IMG/VR virus record: IMGVR_UViG_3300025151_000035
Span: 1-62,795 of that record
DNA from: a virus
Taxonomy: Duplodnaviria > Caudoviricetes
Strand: one strand, 5' to 3'
DNA: 62,795 nt
The notes under the pieces were generated by a model that worked only from the letters and a program-made list of their open reading frames with translations, ran no database searches and had not been told where the DNA came from. Positions 58,559-62,795 of the stretch are shown one piece after another (position 1 is the first letter of the stretch; each line of letters opens with the position of its first letter). The translations under genes were made by a program, and so were the position numbers.

Positions 58559-58566
58559 CAAAATTA
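58559..58566 (-). promoter_or_regulatory. Bacteroidota sigma-70 -7 element (TAATTTTG) with an upstream TTTG
   Basis: Exact TAnnTTTG match; a TTTG lies about 22 nt upstream. Confidence 0.6.
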
Positions 58567-58716
58567 GTATAAAAAATTCTCAATACACCAAAAAAATTTT
58601 TGAAGTGGGAAAATTTGTGTGAGGGGTGACCTACTTAAAGAACACCCCGGTACATTATTGGAGTTTAAAACCTCCGGTCATAAACAAATAATTATTTAAC
58701 CTAACATTAAAACGAA

Positions 58717-58941
58717 ATGGATATTACGTTTGAACGTTTCCTAGCGGATCATGGCATGATTAAAGTAACCATCGAAGCTGGTTTAATCAAGAAACAATTG
58801 ACTCTTGGTCTTAGTAAGAAAGGGCAAGCCCTTGTTACAGACCTCGAGAAAGACACATTGATAGATCCTAAAGCTCATAAAGAGCTTTATGAACTATTAA
58901 AACCTCTACTTGACAAGCATGCCAAGGTAGAGATTTGGTAA
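58717..58941 (+). CDS. hypothetical early protein
   Basis: 74 aa; A-rich leader; followed by a terminator. Confidence 0.7.
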   Translation: MDITFERFLADHGMIKVTIEAGLIKKQLTLGLSKKGQALVTDLEKDTLIDPKAHKELYELLKPLLDKHAKVEIW

Positions 58942-58972
58942 AGAATAGGGGACTTTGTCCCCTTTCTTTTTT
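58942..58972 (+). terminator. intrinsic terminator
   Basis: AGGGGAC-TTT-GTCCCCT followed by TTCTTTTTT. Confidence 0.75.
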
Positions 58973-59100
58973 ATTATGTGTGTGTCTATAACAAATAGCG
59001 CAACAGAAGTGAGTGAGTGTGGCTACCAGACCGCATTCACCACTTTTTACCACTTTTCCTTATGTGTTATCATAACACATATTGTAATAACTATAACATT

Positions 59101-59123
59101 TACCGACTAAAACTAAAGTCATG
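59101..59123 (+). repeat. 23-nt leader repeat, copy 1 (TACCGACTAAAACTAAAGTCATG)
   Basis: 21/23 identical to 59695-59717; both copies end in the start codon. Confidence 0.8.
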
Positions 59124-59333
59124 TCAGCAGGAGAATTATATAGAAGTAAAAGAGATATTTATAATAAATTCAATCAATTGCAAGACAAAGATAGAGACGC
59201 TCTTGCTGATGAGCTTGATGCAGCTACTAAATATTGGATGTTGTGGGAGATTGTTGCTAAGTATAGCAAAATTCTTTATACAGACTATGGTATAGCCTTC
59301 AAAGCTTACTATGGTGATGAAAGTGAAGTATAA
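59121..59333 (+). CDS. hypothetical early protein
   Basis: 70 aa; starts in the leader repeat; a hairpin follows at 59342-59376. Confidence 0.65.
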   Translation: MSAGELYRSKRDIYNKFNQLQDKDRDALADELDAATKYWMLWEIVAKYSKILYTDYGIAFKAYYGDESEV

Positions 59334-59641
59334 AATACTTTAGTCGGTGGCCTTGCTTAATAGCGGGTCACTGACTTAACTTATTAACACGCAGATATAA
59401 ACAAGCTTTCACTGCGGCATATAAATCAAAGAGCCAGGTTGCTGGGATAGAGAAAACCTTAAATAACTATCCATATTTTAATTATAGAAGAGAGCGAAAC
59501 CTCGTGCAGTAAACCATCTACGGGTTGGTACGATTAACTTAGGTGTTAAGTCACTAAGCAGTTTCGGCTCAGGATAACAGAGCTCTCTTCTTTTTATTTA
59601 TAAGCTGTAGGGACGTACGCTTTCCATACAGAACAGGTTAA

Positions 59642-59693
59642 GGGAGCTCACCTAGTGTAGTGATTCTACACATACAAGTAGCTCCCGTTTTTT
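59642..59693 (+). terminator. terminator-like stem
   Basis: GGGAGCT...AGCTCCC followed by GTTTTTT, with an internal TGTAG/CTACA hairpin. Confidence 0.5.
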
Positions 59694-59694
59694 C

Positions 59695-59717
59695 TACCGA
59701 CTAAACTTAAAGTCATG
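59695..59717 (+). repeat. 23-nt leader repeat, copy 2 (TACCGACTAAACTTAAAGTCATG)
   Basis: 21/23 identical to 59101-59123. Confidence 0.8.
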
Positions 59718-59933
59718 TACCGAGAACCAAGATTTACACTTACTACAAGACCATTTAGTAACGGCATGCCTGGAAAATTTGTTATTCTTGACTGTGATAC
59801 ACAGCAAGTTGTAGCAATATGTATATCTCAAGTTGAAAAAGAAGCTTGGGAAGAGGTAAAAGAATATAACGCAGACTATGAAGAGTCTGTAAATCACAGA
59901 GATCCTACTGACGATTACTGTTACGAAGGATAA
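59715..59933 (+). CDS. hypothetical early protein
   Basis: 72 aa with an acidic C-terminus; starts in the leader repeat. Confidence 0.65.
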   Translation: MYREPRFTLTTRPFSNGMPGKFVILDCDTQQVVAICISQVEKEAWEEVKEYNADYEESVNHRDPTDDYCYEG

Positions 59934-59939
59934 AATACT

Positions 59940-60129
59940 ATCAACGACTGTTGCCAACACCGTAAGGTGAGACAAAGACTTATGTTTGTCTTTCACAATA
60001 CCCTGGACATCTTGGTGCCCTGCCAGCGGTTATAAGGACGAGTGAAAGAATAATGTAAAAAGAGTCAGGTTAAGGAACTCTTTATGTAACTCTTTGAGTG
60101 GGAATGTACGCCCATGAACAGTCGTTGAT
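59940..60129 (+). ncRNA. candidate multibranch structured RNA
   Basis: Perfect 13-bp closing stem ATCAACGACTGTT/AACAGTCGTTGAT enclosing at least four hairpins, including CACC-GTAA-GGTG. Confidence 0.5.
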
Positions 60130-60228
60130 TTAATCTTAAATCTTGTGAACTAACGATCAAGATTTAGTTATCAATCCCTAATGAAAGCTACGTGCCTCGT
60201 GAAATAGAATGGGTAATAACCTGGTTTG

Positions 60229-60259
60229 GAAGCTCGCCAGTGCAAGAGCTTCTTTTTTT
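60229..60259 (+). terminator. intrinsic terminator
   Basis: GAAGCTC...GAGCTTC followed by TTTTTTT. Confidence 0.65.
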
Positions 60260-60286
60260 ATACAATCATTTAAAATCATAATAATT

Positions 60287-60502
60287 ATGTATTTAATCAG
60301 CTTTGAGTCAATAGAACATAGACCAATTGAAAAGATTGAAGGTGATTTTCCTTCACAATATCTTCGCAAACTGTGGTTTGAGGATAATTTAAGATTTATA
60401 ATTATTTCTACTTATTCTAACACTATTAAGACACCTGTTGTCTATAATGATCATGGTGAAGAATATTTAGAGTTTACTGATTTTAAATTCTATGACTCAT
60501 GA
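60287..60502 (+). CDS. hypothetical early protein
   Basis: 71 aa from ATG 60287 (the upstream ATG 60209 would cross a terminator); ATGA overlap with the next gene. Confidence 0.6.
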   Translation: MYLISFESIEHRPIEKIEGDFPSQYLRKLWFEDNLRFIIISTYSNTIKTPVVYNDHGEEYLEFTDFKFYDS

Positions 60503-60729
60503 CATTTATTCTCTTTAATACCGAAAGTCAGTTGGTGAGTTACATCAAACGTAAGCTTGATAAACCGTATTGTCATTACGAAGGATGCGGTTGTTGTGGC
60601 TCATCATTGGAGTATCATGTCAATAGTAAAGGTGTACTGTTTCAGGTAGATAAATACTGGCAAGGAGATGCATATTCTACTAATCATACTCCAATTGGAA
60701 GAATAAAGAAATATAGAGCGCGGGGATGA
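60499..60729 (+). CDS. small Cys/His-containing early protein
   Basis: 76 aa; CHYEGCGCCG. Confidence 0.6.
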   Translation: MTFILFNTESQLVSYIKRKLDKPYCHYEGCGCCGSSLEYHVNSKGVLFQVDKYWQGDAYSTNHTPIGRIKKYRARG

Positions 60730-60913
60730 CAACCTCAATCCTTGAAAAGCCACAAGGTAGCAGAAACTTCACGTTATAGGCGAAGCGTGTCAAGGCAGAC
60801 AAGTCTTATACGTACTTATTATAGTGCGTAAAGGTCTGGAAGAGGGAGTGTGTCAGCTCTCTCTTCCAAGACTAATCATTTAAACCTTAAAAATCATAAT
60901 AATTATAATAATC

Positions 60914-61171
60914 ATGAAGTACTATTCAATAGATAATATCGTACTGATAGCTTACTCCGAAGAATTTAATTACATAGCTACATTAATGCCTTCAATTGGT
61001 ATATTAAAGAGTGGAGCATCAGATGCGAACATTCTTTTATTAGAGTTGACTGGATCTTCTAATGAAATAGATCCGAAAACATTTCAGGAGTTTATTGCAA
61101 AGCCTGAAAACAGCATGGATGCTGCACAAGTATCACTTTATTGGAAAACCGTTGAAAATACTAAGTCATGA
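60914..61171 (+). CDS. hypothetical early protein
   Basis: 85 aa; AT-rich leader; ATGA overlap with the next gene. Confidence 0.6.
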   Translation: MKYYSIDNIVLIAYSEEFNYIATLMPSIGILKSGASDANILLLELTGSSNEIDPKTFQEFIAKPENSMDAAQVSLYWKTVENTKS

Positions 61172-61380
61172 GAAGAATAGGTGTATTTTTATTTATATCA
61201 GCAGTTCCTACATTACTTATAAGTGCTGCTTGGATAGTGTCAATAGGTATGTTTAACTGGATGGAAGCAGTAAGGTCTGAAGTGGCTTTTATGTTTACCA
61301 TTTTCAGCATTCTATTTGCATTTCTAATAACTTGTTCAATGAGCAAGCATGAAATTTGTGAGTTTTACAAAGGCTTTTGA
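61168..61380 (+). CDS. small two-TM membrane protein
   Basis: 70 aa; two hydrophobic helices. Confidence 0.6.
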   Translation: MRRIGVFLFISAVPTLLISAAWIVSIGMFNWMEAVRSEVAFMFTIFSILFAFLITCSMSKHEICEFYKGF

Positions 61381-61381
61381 C

Positions 61382-61549
61382 ATGGTAGAAGTATTTGATT
61401 GGTGCGTTTGGGTCTTAGAGACCTGCGCACCGCCACTTGGACTCACATATAAAGAACTTAATGTGTGGGTATTTTGCATTATAGAGCCTATAGTATTTGT
61501 ACTTATGGCTATTTACATTTTAACAACATTTAAAAGGAAAAGATCATGA
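61382..61549 (+). CDS. small membrane protein
   Basis: 55 aa from ATG 61382; F.WCV..L...A...GLTYKELNVWVFCIIEP pattern common in phages. Confidence 0.6.
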   Translation: MVEVFDWCVWVLETCAPPLGLTYKELNVWVFCIIEPIVFVLMAIYILTTFKRKRS

Positions 61550-61968
61550 CTAACAATTCGATCATGAAAATTTGGGCTTACAAGCATAAAGGACAGTGGG
61601 TATTTGATGACGAAGACAGAGGTTTAGTTAAAGAACCATTTGTTGCAGGTGCAGATACACTTTTAGACATTATATCTAAAGGTAAGAACGCAGTCAGTCT
61701 TATATTTTCTGGAGATGATTTTCCTAAAGCGACTCTTGTTATCAATAGAGTTGGTGAAAGTGCGGGATCATTCGGTGGAGGTACAGATTATGTGTTTGAA
61801 GCTCCTGGTATAACACTGCCTGTATGGCTTTGTCCAGCATTGTTCAAGTTTTTCAAAGAAGCACCTGAAACTATTTATGTTTATGCTACACCAGCTGAAT
61901 ATAACGAGCCAGGATTCATAGCTAGAACTATGAGTAAAGTTTTAACGAAAATAGGGGAGGTCGTTTGA
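61546..61968 (+). CDS. DUF6717-like protein
   Basis: 140 aa; Y...GQWVFDD...GL.KEPFVAGAD.LLD...WLCPALFKFF..APETIY. Confidence 0.75.
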   Translation: MTNNSIMKIWAYKHKGQWVFDDEDRGLVKEPFVAGADTLLDIISKGKNAVSLIFSGDDFPKATLVINRVGESAGSFGGGTDYVFEAPGITLPVWLCPALFKFFKEAPETIYVYATPAEYNEPGFIARTMSKVLTKIGEVV

Positions 61969-61980
61969 CCTCTTCTATTT
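61950..61980 (+). terminator. terminator-like hairpin overlapping the stop codon
   Basis: AATAGGGGAGGTC-GTTT-GACCTCTTCTATT. Confidence 0.55.
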
Positions 61981-61984
61981 AAAA

Positions 61985-62176
61985 CAGGTGAACCTAAGAC
62001 CTGAGTGAGTAATCACTAAAGAAGATAAGGGAATAAATAACCTTATCCAGTGTACCCTTGAAATGCCATTAGAGAGGGAAACAGTTTAACGCGATTTAAC
62101 GTTGCATAAATCCTTAAAAGGGTTGACTTAATACACTGAGGAGTTGGCAGCTAGACCATTGAGGGATGGTGCTAAT
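61985..62176 (+). ncRNA. candidate pseudoknotted structured RNA, copy 1 (compact, about 190 nt)
   Basis: Six conserved stems and a TGCCA/TGGCA pseudoknot shared in the same order with copy 2; no ORF. Confidence 0.65.
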
Positions 62177-62190
62177 TTAAACGAACCGGT

Positions 62191-62589
62191 AAGGTCAAAC
62201 CTACGACCTTGTGATAAAAATTAAGGCACTTTAAGTGCGGTTGTGGTTGAAAACTCCACATCACTAAAAGAAGATAAGGGAAAGTGTAATAAGAATTTTA
62301 CTGGTGTAACTGATGAGGTAGGAAACAGAACTCATTGGGATTGGTGGAAAAAATATCTAAGTTACACATAACCTTATCCAGTGTACCCTTGAAAGTATAG
62401 TCTGCAATGTAGACTATCAGATGCCATTTGAAAGGGACTAACTGCAAAACAGATTTACACTGAGGAGTTGGCAGCAAAGAGATAATGAGCCTGGGCTACA
62501 TTTATGTAGGATGTGTAAAAGCATTAAGGAATATGAAGTAGTTATCTCGTGACCATTTATAGTAGTTTACTATTATAGATGGTGCTAAT
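62191..62589 (+). ncRNA. candidate pseudoknotted structured RNA, copy 2 (expanded, about 400 nt)
   Basis: Same conserved blocks as copy 1; the extra length comes from self-contained hairpins inserted at loops and junctions. Confidence 0.65.
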
Positions 62590-62795
62590 CTTAGACAGTT
62601 GTGGGATACACTCTTGACAACGATCAACTGTCTCAGGCGCATGTAAAATCGGACATGTTGCTGGTAAACAACCGTGATGGGATAGACCCTCATCTACTAA
62701 GATAGTAAGAACCTGGAAAGTCAAGCTGGTTCTGAATTACATAGGTGTACAACTATGTAAACGGACACATATGGTAGGCTATTGCCTATGTGTTT

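Noticed and set aside
59017-59295. 92-aa plus-strand ORF, and the minus-strand ORFs in the early region (58868, 59694, 60178, 61161, 62502)
   Set aside because: They overlap better-supported plus-strand genes or structured non-coding elements
62041-62176. SAM-I riboswitch-like words (CTTATC, GGCAGC, ATGGTGCTAA)
   Set aside because: CTTATC pairs upstream rather than with a 3' GAT(A/G)AG, the P2 kink-turn/P4 layout is absent, and no regulated gene follows
62209-62267. tRNA-like shape (GTGAT/ATCAC stem, CTTTAAG loop, GTGG-TTGAAAACT-CCAC arm) that could be read as an ochre-suppressor tRNA
   Set aside because: No D arm, no TTC in the T loop, poor anticodon stem and no CCA; better explained as an insertion in hairpin H2 of RNA copy 2
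62310-62330. CTGATGAG...GAAAC resembling a hammerhead ribozyme core (also CTAATGA...GAAA at about 60178-60204)
   Set aside because: No stem II can form between the core halves, and I could not find stems I and III with an NUH site
61985-62589. Repeats that might be a CRISPR array
   Set aside because: Only two units, with discontinuous conserved blocks and no regular repeat-spacer period; no cas genes

Overview
The window is about 63 kb of a crAss-like (Crassvirales-type) podovirus genome, probably infecting a Bacteroidota/Flavobacteriia host, and uses the standard genetic code. Positions 617-58249 are one long minus-strand late region. In transcription order it holds: receptor/adhesin-like genes, a lysis cassette (holin, amidase, spanin-like genes), a DEDD exonuclease, GroES-like and HU-like genes, terminase, portal, three putative internal-virion proteins, scaffold, major capsid protein, ring/tail/fibre genes, the muzzle, and four ejected cargo proteins. 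The cargo set includes a 4145-aa virion RNA polymerase (DFDID motif plus a HExxH zincin motif) and a 1639-aa protein with a PD-(D/E)xK nuclease domain. From about 58717 the plus strand carries small early-type genes separated by long, hairpin-rich non-coding stretches. The most notable unexplained signals are three. (1) A tandem pair of a multi-stem, pseudoknotted candidate ncRNA (61985-62176 and 62191-62589); the second copy is enlarged by self-contained hairpin insertions. (2) A ~270-nt GNRA-rich candidate ncRNA with its own Bacteroidota-type promoter at the head of the late operon. (3) A [YF]-x-x-[GA]-G linker motif that divides a cargo protein into modules and recurs in three other putative internal proteins. 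All assignments come from motif recognition, gene order and by-eye base pairing; no searches or folding programs were run.
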